This document shows, one piece after another, positions 1-8,728 of a stretch of 64,000 bases of DNA (positions within the stretch are counted from its first letter, which is position 1; each line of letters begins with the position of its first letter). This DNA comes from Armatimonadota bacterium. Its GTDB lineage: Bacteria > Armatimonadota > Zipacnadia > Zipacnadales > JABUFB01. A model generated the notes under the pieces. It did no database searches and was not told where the DNA came from. It saw only the letters and a program-made list of their open reading frames with translations. The translations under genes were made by a program, and so were the position numbers. The DNA lies in the NCBI GenBank assembly GCA_013314775.1, contig JABUFB010000008.1, forward strand, positions 725,036-789,035. The letters are read 5' to 3'.

Positions 1-2
1 AG

Positions 3-1520
3 CGGGTGAACAAGCGCGAGGGGGTACCGGACGCCACGGGCCACAGGTATGAGATCAGTGTGCCTGATGCCGGGAAGCTGGTGGTGCGAGACGTTGATGA
101 GGGCAAGGTGATCGCGGAGGCGCCTGTCACCGACAAGATGGGGATTCCGGGAATCGAGCCGGGGAAGCTGACCCTGACCGGCACGCCGCCCGTGGGCGCA
201 AAGTGGATAGTTGAGACCACTGCCCCCGCCCGGTGCGAGTACCAGGTGCATGACGGGATGGTAACCCACCGCATCGCGCAGTTCATCGAGTTAGTGCTGG
301 CCGACCCGGAGCTGAATGCGGCCTACGGGGACAAGGCCCGAGAGTACCTGGCGCTCCTGGACCGGCATTTCCTGCGAAAGTGGGAATCGACGTGGGTGGA
401 CCTGCCCGGCGGAGCGGGTCTGTACAAGTTTACGGACAATCCTACCCAGCGCTTCCCGGGTTACAGCCTGCCTCACAACCAGTACCTCGCGCTGGCCCGA
501 ACCTGGCTGGTGCTCAAGGACATCCCCGGGTACGAGGGCGCGGACCTTTGCCTGAGACGGGCCACGGCAATGGCCACATACTTCAAGCAGAACCTGCGAT
601 TAGTGGGCCATGCGTACGAGTGGAACTACTGGGACCCGCTACCCCACGAAGAGGGCGTGCGCCGCAGTGTTGAGGACTACAGCCACGCGACCATCGACGT
701 CGGGTTCGCCATCGAAGCCGCCGGGCGCAACGTGGTCTTCGATGCAACGGACCTCACCCGTTTCGCGTCGACCTACGTTGACGTGATGTGGAATCAGAAC
801 CGGGAACATCCGCGCTTTGGCGCGCGGGTGAATACCAACGTGGGTGACAAGGTTGCCTGGGCCGACTGGATCGAGCTGGGCGTCAAGGACGAGCGGGCCT
901 GGGAGCTTGCCCAGTTGCTGTTCCTGGACCTGCAGCGACAGATATCCATGTGTCCCACCATCTGTGAGATCATCCGCCAGCGCGACGGGGTCCCGCCTGA
1001 AGACCTGCCCGTGTTCCGCGAGGGCACAAAGATGCTGAGCAACTTGCTGAGCGCCGAACTGCCCAATGCCGGCTTCGAAATTGGCACGAAAGACAGCCCG
1101 TTCATGTGGCAGTGCGGAGTCTGGAGTGAAGGCGGTGAGGGCTCCCTGTTCGAGCGCGTCCAGCCCGGTCACACCGGCGATTGGGCACTGATGATGACCG
1201 GGCGCGGTACCAGAGTGAACCAGGTAGCCCAGAGCCGGCGCTTCCGAGTTGAGGGGAAGACGCGGGTGAGGGTGAGGGCATGGTACAGAACGGAGGAGAC
1301 GCCGGCGCCGGTCTTCTCGCTGATGAGTTATGATGCGAAGGGTGAGCGGCTGCAGTATGATTACTCGCCGAAGTTCGCGCCGACCCAGGACTGGGCTCTC
1401 GCGGAACACGAGTTCGCGCTGAAGGAAGGAGCCACGAGCGCCGAGGTGCTCCTTCGTAACGGCGCGGTGGGAACGGTCTACTATGATGACGTTCAGATTG
1501 AAAGGCTTGACGACGAGTAG
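3..1520 (+). CDS. hypothetical protein, possibly 5'-truncated by the window edge; C-terminal carbohydrate-binding-like beta-sandwich
   Basis: Frame is open from the window start (first in-frame start is GTG at 6); stop at 1518-1520. Balanced amino-acid composition. The last ~130 aa (RVRVRAWYRTEE...AEVLLRNGAVGTVYYDDVQIERL) resemble CBM4/9 or galactose-binding-like modules. No catalytic family recognised. Confidence 0.6.
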   Translation, partial: RVNKREGVPDATGHRYEISVPDAGKLVVRDVDEGKVIAEAPVTDKMGIPGIEPGKLTLTGTPPVGAKWIVETTAPARCEYQVHDGMVTHRIAQFIELVLADPELNAAYGDKAREYLALLDRHFLRKWESTWVDLPGGAGLYKFTDNPTQRFPGYSLPHNQYLALARTWLVLKDIPGYEGADLCLRRATAMATYFKQNLRLVGHAYEWNYWDPLPHEEGVRRSVEDYSHATIDVGFAIEAAGRNVVFDATDLTRFASTYVDVMWNQNREHPRFGARVNTNVGDKVAWADWIELGVKDERAWELAQLLFLDLQRQISMCPTICEIIRQRDGVPPEDLPVFREGTKMLSNLLSAELPNAGFEIGTKDSPFMWQCGVWSEGGEGSLFERVQPGHTGDWALMMTGRGTRVNQVAQSRRFRVEGKTRVRVRAWYRTEETPAPVFSLMSYDAKGERLQYDYSPKFAPTQDWALAEHEFALKEGATSAEVLLRNGAVGTVYYDDVQIERLDDE

Positions 1521-1603
1521 GGCTTGGGAAGGTCGTGCCGGCTGCGCGGGGAATACGTGGTCTTCGCTCGAATGTCGGCAGGCGCATGCAAGGGAGGACT
1601 GCA

Positions 1604-2881
1604 ATGCCAACGAAGCTTGCCATTGACGGCGGCTCACCGGTCGTGCCCGAGGGCATGATCAAGAGCTGGCCGGTGATCACCGACGCGGACCGCGAGGCGC
1701 TGGTTTCGGTGCTGGATAGCGGCCATCTGCACGGAACCAGCGCACCACTGGCCACCGAGCTCCAGAGGCGCTGGGCCGAGTACTGCGGGACGAAATACGC
1801 TATCGTCACCAGCAGCGGCACTGGAGCGCTGCACATGTCGCTGATGGCAGCCGGAGTGATGCCCGGCGACGAGGTAATCGTTCCCGCTTTCACGTACTGG
1901 GCCACAGTGGTCCCGGTGGTGCAGCAGAGCGGCATCCCGATCTTCGCGGACATCGATCCGGAGACGTACACCCTGGACCCGGCGAAAATCGAGGAGCGCA
2001 TCACCGATCATACGAAAGCGATCCTGCCGGCGCATATCCATGGTATGCCGGCAGATATGGACCCCATCAATGAGATCGCCCGCAAGCACGGACTGGTTGT
2101 AATTGAGGACGCCTGCCAGGCCCACGGGGCCATGTACAAGGGGCACAAGACCGGCTCTCTGGGCGATGTGGCGGGGTTCAGCTGCAACCGTTCCAAGTGC
2201 CTGTCCGGCGGCGAGGGCGGGCTCGTGACGACCAGCCACGATGATTTCGCCGCTGTAGCCGACCGCTGCCGAGTCGTCGGCCCCATCCCGCAGACCACGC
2301 GTGACCCGATCTACGCGCTGGGCTGGGGATACCGGCCCCATGAGTTCGTGAACGCCTTCATCCTGAGCCAGCTCGACCGCCTCGACGAGTACAACGGCAT
2401 CCGTAGAAAGTATGCGGCGTATATCACGCAGGAGTTGGCGAAAATACCCGGATTTGAGGGGCCCGTCACTCCGGACTGGGCGGATCCGTGCTACTTCTGC
2501 TATGTGGTAACATTCAGGCCCGATCAACTAGGGCTGGATTGCACGGCGCAGGAGTGGAAAGAAGCGTGCAAGAGGGCCCTTGCCGCCGAGGGCATGGGGC
2601 TGGGGAACTGGCAGTATGAGCCGGTGCCGGGCATGAGCGTATTCCGTGACAAGGTGGGTTTCGGCAAGGGACACCCCTGGAGCAGCCCATTCGCCCGGCA
2701 GGACGTGGTTTACGACCCCGAGGAATACCCGGCCGCGAAGGAGTTCATCAGCAGTCACGCCTATCTGGGCGGCGTCTACCCTCCCAACGGCATGGACCTG
2801 ATGGAGCTGTACGTGCAGGGCTTTCAGAAGATCAGCGAGAACGCGCAGCGGGTTCTCGAATCCGCGCGCGAACAGGGATAG
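1604..2881 (+). CDS. DegT/DnrJ/EryC1/StrS-family PLP-dependent sugar aminotransferase
   Basis: ORF 1535-2881. I prefer ATG 1604 (MPTKLAIDGG) behind AGGGAGGA at 1591-1598. Family motifs: VTSSGTGALHMSL, EDACQAHGA, FSCNRSKCLSGGEGG (PLP-lysine context). Confidence 0.85.
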   Translation: MPTKLAIDGGSPVVPEGMIKSWPVITDADREALVSVLDSGHLHGTSAPLATELQRRWAEYCGTKYAIVTSSGTGALHMSLMAAGVMPGDEVIVPAFTYWATVVPVVQQSGIPIFADIDPETYTLDPAKIEERITDHTKAILPAHIHGMPADMDPINEIARKHGLVVIEDACQAHGAMYKGHKTGSLGDVAGFSCNRSKCLSGGEGGLVTTSHDDFAAVADRCRVVGPIPQTTRDPIYALGWGYRPHEFVNAFILSQLDRLDEYNGIRRKYAAYITQELAKIPGFEGPVTPDWADPCYFCYVVTFRPDQLGLDCTAQEWKEACKRALAAEGMGLGNWQYEPVPGMSVFRDKVGFGKGHPWSSPFARQDVVYDPEEYPAAKEFISSHAYLGGVYPPNGMDLMELYVQGFQKISENAQRVLESAREQG

Positions 2882-2890
2882 GAGCCTAAG

Positions 2891-3724
2891 ATGAAGCTTG
2901 GTTTCATGATCTATTCGCTCAGCCGGTCGCTTGCAGATGGTACGCTGACAGTCCCCAGCGCTCTGGCGCTCATGAAGGACTGTGGCGTGGAGGGCGTAGA
3001 CATCACCGACGGGCACGTCACCGGATACACGGCGGCGGAAGTGCGTAAGATGGCGGAGGATGCGGGAATCGCGGTCTCAGCGTGGATCGGCGGGGGCAAT
3101 CTGACCACCAATGACCCGGAGATCCGCAAAGCATCGCTGGATACCATCCGCGCGCTCATTGACAAGTCTGCGGAAGCGGGCACCCGGAACCTGCTGGTCA
3201 CAACCGGTGGCTGCGCGCCCGATCAGGACAAGGCCGAGGGCCGGCGCAATGTGGCAGCCGGGCTTGCGGAAGTACTGCCGGTGGCGAAAGCGGCCGGGGT
3301 TGTGCTGTCCATCGAGGACTTCGGCAGCCCGGTTGCGCCGTACCAGAACTCGGCCGAATGCATGGAGACCTGCGAGCTTGCCGGCCCGGACCTGATGATG
3401 ACCTATGATTCCGGCAACATGGTTATGGCCGACGAGGACCCCGTGGAGTTCCTCCTGGCAGTCAAGAGCCGACTGGCCCATGCCCATGCAAAGGATTGGG
3501 AATTGCTGCCGCCGGACGCCGAACGCGGGCTCACCTCCCGGGCAGGAAAAAAGTATATCGGCACGGTCGTGGGCGCCGGGGTGCTGGACTACCCGGCGAT
3601 CATCCGTACGCTCAAGACCCTGAACTACACGGGCTACCTGTCCTTCGAATATGAAGGCACAGGCGACCCGGTGCAGGCTGCACGCGAAGGCACGGCATAT
3701 CTGCGCGATCTCATGGCAGACTGA
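2891..3724 (+). CDS. sugar phosphate isomerase/epimerase (xylose isomerase-like TIM barrel)
   Basis: ATG 2891 behind AGGAG at 2880-2884. 277 aa with the typical layout of this family (GVEGVDI..., ...HAHAKDW..., GYLSFEYEG). Confidence 0.8.
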   Translation: MKLGFMIYSLSRSLADGTLTVPSALALMKDCGVEGVDITDGHVTGYTAAEVRKMAEDAGIAVSAWIGGGNLTTNDPEIRKASLDTIRALIDKSAEAGTRNLLVTTGGCAPDQDKAEGRRNVAAGLAEVLPVAKAAGVVLSIEDFGSPVAPYQNSAECMETCELAGPDLMMTYDSGNMVMADEDPVEFLLAVKSRLAHAHAKDWELLPPDAERGLTSRAGKKYIGTVVGAGVLDYPAIIRTLKTLNYTGYLSFEYEGTGDPVQAAREGTAYLRDLMAD

Positions 3725-3747
3725 CTCGCGGCTTGCCAACCGGACAA

Positions 3748-3775
3748 GGCGCCCCGCGAGGAATCGCGGGGCGCC
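3748..3775 (+). terminator. terminator-like hairpin after the TIM-barrel gene
   Basis: Perfect 12-bp stem GGCGCCCCGCGA / TCGCGGGGCGCC with a GGAA loop, 24 nt after the stop. No U-tract follows, so not a canonical intrinsic terminator. Confidence 0.45.
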
Positions 3776-3885
3776 TGCATTGGGGCCAGTGTCAAGAGTC
3801 TGCGTCACGGGGGCGATCGGATTGGCAGGCGATCTGAGGGGGTAAAAGGATGTTTCAGCCCACATTACACTCAGGAAAGGCAACC

Positions 3886-4503
3886 ATGAAACGCAGGCCT
3901 CTCGCCGGCTTCACACTCATCGAACTCCTGGTCGTCATCGCGATCATCGCGATCCTGGCAGCCATTCTCTTCCCGGTTTTCGCGCGAGCGCGGGAGAAAG
4001 CCCGGCAGAGTTCCTGCCTGTCCAACCTGAAGCAGATCACCCTCTCGCTACTCATGTACGCCGACGACTGGGACGAGACCCTTCCCTACTACCAGCGGCC
4101 GTGGGGCTACGCGTGGTACGACGACATCATCCCGTACATGAAGAACCGGCAGATTCTCGTCTGCCCCAGCAAGACCGACTGGAACCCCAGTGCCCCCACC
4201 CACAAGACGGGGTACGGTCTCAACGAAACCGTCTTCCCTTCGGGCAATGGCTCGCCGTGGCCGGTCCCGCCGATACCGCTGAGCGCCATCCAGAGCCCAT
4301 CGGAGACCATCGCAGGAGCCGACAAGAACCAGGGGAATGTGTACATCGTCGGGCTGTCTTTCTCGGGTTCGACTGCCTGGCCGTACAATGTGGACACCCG
4401 ACACAATGACGGCGCGAACTTTGCCTTCATGGACGGGCATGCCAAGTCCATGAGTAAGGGGGGCACGTGGTCGACGAGCAACACCATGTGGGACCTGTAC
4501 TGA
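3886..4503 (+). CDS. prepilin-type N-terminal cleavage/methylation domain protein with H-X9-DG motif (DUF1559-type)
   Basis: ATG 3886 behind AGGAAAGG. N-terminus [42 protein letters not shown]-terminal [13 protein letters not shown] fits H-X9-DG. Confidence 0.9.
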   Translation: MKRRPLAGFTLIELLVVIAIIAILAAILFPVFARAREKARQSSCLSNLKQITLSLLMYADDWDETLPYYQRPWGYAWYDDIIPYMKNRQILVCPSKTDWNPSAPTHKTGYGLNETVFPSGNGSPWPVPPIPLSAIQSPSETIAGADKNQGNVYIVGLSFSGSTAWPYNVDTRHNDGANFAFMDGHAKSMSKGGTWSTSNTMWDLY

Positions 4504-4525
4504 TCGTTATGGGCGGCGGATGCCA

Positions 4526-4556
4526 AAGGGCCCCCGAGTGATGACCGGGGGCCCTT
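4526..4556. terminator. hairpin between convergent genes (possible bidirectional terminator)
   Basis: 11-bp stem AAGGGCCCCCG / CGGGGGCCCTT with a 9-nt loop, between stop 4503 (+) and stop 4580 (-). Confidence 0.5.
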
Positions 4557-4579
4557 GCATTGCCACTGTCCAATCGCGC

Positions 4580-5419
4580 TCAGATTTCGGCCAGGAGTTT
4601 CTTCACGTACTCCAGGTCCAGCCGGGTCTGCTCGATGAGTTCCGACGTGGTCATGTCCTTGAAGCTGAAGCTGCCCTGGTATTCGCTGTGGAAGCTGCAG
4701 GGCCCGTCGAAGCCTGTCTGCTTGAGAAATCCGAATGCCTGCCTGAAGGGCGTCAGGCCCTCCCACACGGGGACGAGCTTGCCCTGCCAGCGCACATTCC
4801 CCTCGGCATCCTTCTCTGGGTAGAGCCCGGCGTTCTTGACGCCCACCATGTTGATCCGGTCACCGAGGAGGTCGAGCCCCTGTTTCCAGCCCGACCGGCC
4901 GCCCTCAAGGCCCATGTGGCACAGGTCTGGATATGCGCCGATGACAGTTGCCTCATACGGCTCAATGAGGTTCCAAACCACCGCGGACATGGCACTCAGG
5001 AAATCACCGGAGTGCACGTGAATGTTGGCGCTCACCCCGTATTTCATGGCCAGCTTGCTGATGCCCACCAGAGACATGCGCGCTTCCTCGATCTTCTCGC
5101 GCATCGTGCCGAACTCGCGCACCTGCCAGTAACCGAGCTTCAGGCGCGGAATCCCGTTGGCGGCCGCCGCACGGAAGATCGGCTCCGCAGTAGGGTCGTC
5201 CGCGCTGGTTATGTTTGTGGTGATCATCGGTACGCTCAGGCCCCTGTCGGCGAGGGCGCAGACCGCGGGCTCCAGGTCCTTTTCGACGCTCTCGGGCGAA
5301 ACGTGGCCACCGTCGCGCACGGTGAGGTCGACGCCTTCGAAGCCGAGGTCCTTGATGATGTCGCCGGCCTCGGCCACCGGGAACTCCTGGAGCATCTTGG
5401 AGAACATGATGAGTTGCAT
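4580..5419 (-). CDS. sugar phosphate isomerase/epimerase (xylose isomerase-like TIM barrel)
   Basis: 279-aa ORF; GGAGG lies 5 nt upstream of ATG 5419. Typical family features (GFEGVDLTVR..., IHVHSGDF...). The antisense ORF 4520-5437 is Arg/His/Gly-skewed. Confidence 0.85.
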   Translation of the reverse strand: MQLIMFSKMLQEFPVAEAGDIIKDLGFEGVDLTVRDGGHVSPESVEKDLEPAVCALADRGLSVPMITTNITSADDPTAEPIFRAAAANGIPRLKLGYWQVREFGTMREKIEEARMSLVGISKLAMKYGVSANIHVHSGDFLSAMSAVVWNLIEPYEATVIGAYPDLCHMGLEGGRSGWKQGLDLLGDRINMVGVKNAGLYPEKDAEGNVRWQGKLVPVWEGLTPFRQAFGFLKQTGFDGPCSFHSEYQGSFSFKDMTTSELIEQTRLDLEYVKKLLAEI

Positions 5420-5461
5420 CGGAACCTCCGTGAATGAGGGAATCCGGTTCGGGAGCTCGGC

Positions 5462-5917
5462 TCAGCCGCCCTTCGTGTGCCACTGGTAGCCGATCTCAGG
5501 GTCATCCCAGGGCCGGCGGAGTTCATCAGGGCTGGCGTAGACGTAGTGCTCGGTGGGCACGTTGAGGACCAAGGCCATCTCGCTGCCCAGGCAGACCCAG
5601 CCGTGCCACACCCCCGGGGGAATCTGGATCAGGGTGCGGTTCAGTTCGCCGATGACGAAGGAGTTGGTTTCGCCGCGGGTCGGCGAGTTCTCGCGGCCGT
5701 CCCAGAGAGCGACTTTCACATTGCCCTTCACGCAGCAGAAGGAATCTGTCTGCTTGGCGTGAGCATGCCATGCCTTCACAATGCCCGGATACGTGGCGGA
5801 GATGTAGCACTGCCCGAATCCAAGGAAAAGCTCCTCGTCGTTGCGCAGGACCTCCATGAGGTACCCGCGGTCATCGGCGATGAGCTTCAGCGGCTTGGTG
5901 CGGACGCCATCAATCAT
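5462..5917 (-). CDS. RmlC-like cupin (dTDP-4-dehydrorhamnose 3,5-epimerase family)
   Basis: ATG 5917 (MIDGVRTKPL) behind GGGAGGGA. Motifs DDRGYLMEV and GIVKAWHAH resemble the RmlC D-x-RG-x-F-x-E and G-x-LRGLH-x-Q motifs. Confidence 0.75.
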   Translation of the reverse strand: MIDGVRTKPLKLIADDRGYLMEVLRNDEELFLGFGQCYISATYPGIVKAWHAHAKQTDSFCCVKGNVKVALWDGRENSPTRGETNSFVIGELNRTLIQIPPGVWHGWVCLGSEMALVLNVPTEHYVYASPDELRRPWDDPEIGYQWHTKGG

Positions 5918-5994
5918 CGTCCGGGTTCCCTCCCGGTAACAAGCGCAACGGGCAATGGCCGGCAACGGATCACGACCAGGTCCCGCAGTCCGGC

Positions 5995-7332
5995 TCAGTT
6001 TCCTGGCATGACCAGGCCGATTGCGTGCTGTTTCATCTGCTCGGCAGCGACCGCCTGCACGGTCTCGGCGCTGAGCCCGGCGATCTGTGCGATTATTGGA
6101 TCGTCGAGACTGACCTCGCCGGTCACCAGGTACCGGCGATTGAGCGCGGCGGCGGCGACACGCGGCTCATCCATCCCCAGAACACGGAGATTGATTGCCC
6201 GCGTCTTCGCCCGGGCGAGTTCCTCGGCGGCCAGGGGTTTCTCGCCAAGCGCTGCCAGTTTGCCCAGGAGAAGCTGGCGCGCGTCCTCGACCGACGTGGG
6301 CATAACGCCGACGATGATCGCCAGAGACGGCGTGTGCGATACGAGGACCGGCAGCACACCGGACGGCGCCTTCGGGCCGGAGCCTTCGGACCGTTCCAGG
6401 TTCGCGAGGCCTTCGTCCTGGGCCAGCGAACCGCCGGGGCCGGACAGGGCCGCGTTCAGGACAAGCCCGGCCGCGTAGCCTTCCGTCCCCACCGGTGGCA
6501 GCGGGATGCCCACCACGAGCACAGCCATGCGCAGCGCGGCGCTCTCCCCCACCTGTACCCGCGTGCGTGGCCGTCCCTGGACCACAGGCGTAGCCGGAGC
6601 CACCTTGCGGGACTCGAAACCGCCAAAGGCCGCGGTAGCGAGGTCAATGACGTCGCGCGCCGGAACGGGTCCGACTATGCAGAGACTGGCCAAATTGGGC
6701 ACGTAGTAGCTGCGGTAGAAAGACTTCACGTCAGCGAGGGTAATCCCCTCGAGGGTCTCACGGGTCCCGAAGACGGGCTGAGTGTGCGGCCCGTCACCAA
6801 GGAGCGCGTGCGAGAACAACCGGTAGGCCTCGATGTAGTTTTCCGCGCCCGATTCGGGACCGGTGCCGGAGGGGGAATTGGCCTTCTGCAGCACGATCTC
6901 GCGCGCGCTGACCACGTCGTCCTGGGTCCAGTCGGCGGCAAACACTGCCGGAGCCAGGAACTCCAGGAGGGGCTTGAGTTGCGCCGATGTCACCGACGCT
7001 GTGAACTCCACGCAGTCTTCCTGGGTCTCCACGCTGAACCCCGCGCCCTGGGTACCCTCCTGACGCAAGCTGGCAAGGCTCTCGGTGGTGTTCATCTGCG
7101 CGCGGATCTTCGAAAGGATGATCTGCTGGGTCAGGGCACGCAGACCGGCTTTCTCCGGGGGCACACGTTCCGGGCCGATGTTCAGCGCAAGATGGACGCC
7201 GCAGACATCACTGGCGCCCGATTCGAAGACCAGCACATTCATGCCGTTGGGCAGCAATAGCTGATCGGATGACGCGACGGATGCGATCATCATGAAGAGT
7301 ACTGCCACAGCCGGAGCGAAAGCGGGTTTCAT
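5995..7332 (-). CDS. M16 (pitrilysin/insulinase)-family protein, secreted, no HxxEH motif
   Basis: 445 aa with an N-terminal signal-like segment (AVAVLFMMIASVASS). Two-lobed M16-like layout. No H-x-x-E-H anywhere in the sequence. Its ATG overlaps the upstream stop (ATGA at 7329-7332). Confidence 0.7.
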   Translation of the reverse strand: MKPAFAPAVAVLFMMIASVASSDQLLLPNGMNVLVFESGASDVCGVHLALNIGPERVPPEKAGLRALTQQIILSKIRAQMNTTESLASLRQEGTQGAGFSVETQEDCVEFTASVTSAQLKPLLEFLAPAVFAADWTQDDVVSAREIVLQKANSPSGTGPESGAENYIEAYRLFSHALLGDGPHTQPVFGTRETLEGITLADVKSFYRSYYVPNLASLCIVGPVPARDVIDLATAAFGGFESRKVAPATPVVQGRPRTRVQVGESAALRMAVLVVGIPLPPVGTEGYAAGLVLNAALSGPGGSLAQDEGLANLERSEGSGPKAPSGVLPVLVSHTPSLAIIVGVMPTSVEDARQLLLGKLAALGEKPLAAEELARAKTRAINLRVLGMDEPRVAAAALNRRYLVTGEVSLDDPIIAQIAGLSAETVQAVAAEQMKQHAIGLVMPGN

Positions 7333-8717
7333 GGGGTCAGGCGGGCCTCCCAGACGGGGCCCGAGGCGGACTTGGGCCGGATGATCACCAGAGAATAGTT
7401 ATCGAGCCCCAGGTACTGCCTGGCCACTCTCTGGACGTCTTCGGCGGTGACCGATTCGAGAGTGGTGATGTAATCGATTGCGAACCGGTAGCTATCGATG
7501 GCCTCGTAGAAGCCCATCGAACTCACCTGGTTCTCGTAGCTGGAATTGTCGAAGGAGTAGCCGGCGCGAACCACGGCCTTCACGCCTGCAAGCTCCTCGG
7601 GCGTGAGAAGTGTATTGTGCAGCTTCTCAATCTCCGCAAGGATGATCTCACGGGTCTCAAGCTCCATTTGGGGCTTCGCCACACAGGTGACCAGGAACAG
7701 GCCGGGATCGCGTTTGGTGATGAACTCTACTTCGGGAACTGCCCCGATTTCCTCCTGACTGACGAAGGCCTGCATGAGACGGGCTTGCTGACCCTCGATG
7801 AGCAAGGCGTAAATCAGGTCCAGTGCGCAGACGTCGGGCTTGTTGGCGATACCCGCCGCGTGCCAGCCGAAGGACACCAGCGTGTTGCGGGTATCGGCTT
7901 TCTCCAGACGCGTACGCGTGTCGGTCTGGATCGGCTCCGGATCTGGTTCTCGCAGAGCAATGTTTCCCCGCGGGTACTTGCCGAACAGCTCACGGATCAG
8001 ATCGAGAGCCGCGGCGGCATCTATGTCTCCCACCACGATGAGGGCAGAGTTGTTGGGGACGAAATGGTTGCGGTGGTAAGCCGCGAGGTCCTCGGCATCG
8101 TACGCGGCGATGCCGTCAGGAGTGCCCGAGACCGGCCGCCCATATGGATGCTGGCGAAAGGCAGTCTCCCACATGGTCCGCCACAGCTTTCCCACCGGGC
8201 TGCTTTCCACGTCCATCAGGCGCCTGCGCAGGGTCTGAAGCTGATTGGCCCAGATCTCCTCTCTGAAGGAGGGCTCGAAGGTGGCGCGCGCAGTCCGGGC
8301 CAGGGCTTCGGGGAAGAAACCAGCGCTCGTGGTGATCCGGACGTGAGTCCCATCCGGAGTGGTGTAGCTGCTGATTCTCCCACCGCGATCTTCGATCCAG
8401 TCGGACAGGGAGAGGTCGTCGCCCGGAGCCGGGACGTCGTGGATCATGTGCCGGACCAGATCAGAGAGCCCCTGCTCGCTGTCCGTTTCGTAGAGCGGGC
8501 AGGCCTTGATGACGAGACCGGCGGATACCACTCCCCAGTTGCGCTCCGGTTTGATGATCACGCGCAGGCCGTTATCGAGGGCCGTCTCGCTGACGGTCTG
8601 CGAGTTGATCACCGGCGCCCCGATCGCGGGAAGAGTGAGCAGCAGCGTGACAGGCAGGAGCATGGAGGGGAATAGCCCAACTGCGGCATAGCGGTAAGCC
8701 CCGTGGCGAATGAGCAT
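7329..8717 (-). CDS. M16 (pitrilysin/insulinase)-family protein, secreted, degenerate zinc motif
   Basis: I prefer ATG 8717 behind GAGGAG (the track start is GTG 8732). Hydrophobic N-terminus. At the expected GxxHxxEHMxF position the sequence reads GLSDLVRHMIHD (DxxRH). M16 signatures such as YHRNHFVPNN are present. Confidence 0.75.
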   Translation of the reverse strand: MLIRHGAYRYAAVGLFPSMLLPVTLLLTLPAIGAPVINSQTVSETALDNGLRVIIKPERNWGVVSAGLVIKACPLYETDSEQGLSDLVRHMIHDVPAPGDDLSLSDWIEDRGGRISSYTTPDGTHVRITTSAGFFPEALARTARATFEPSFREEIWANQLQTLRRRLMDVESSPVGKLWRTMWETAFRQHPYGRPVSGTPDGIAAYDAEDLAAYHRNHFVPNNSALIVVGDIDAAAALDLIRELFGKYPRGNIALREPDPEPIQTDTRTRLEKADTRNTLVSFGWHAAGIANKPDVCALDLIYALLIEGQQARLMQAFVSQEEIGAVPEVEFITKRDPGLFLVTCVAKPQMELETREIILAEIEKLHNTLLTPEELAGVKAVVRAGYSFDNSSYENQVSSMGFYEAIDSYRFAIDYITTLESVTAEDVQRVARQYLGLDNYSLVIIRPKSASGPVWEARLTP

Positions 8718-8728
8718 CCAGTTTCTCC

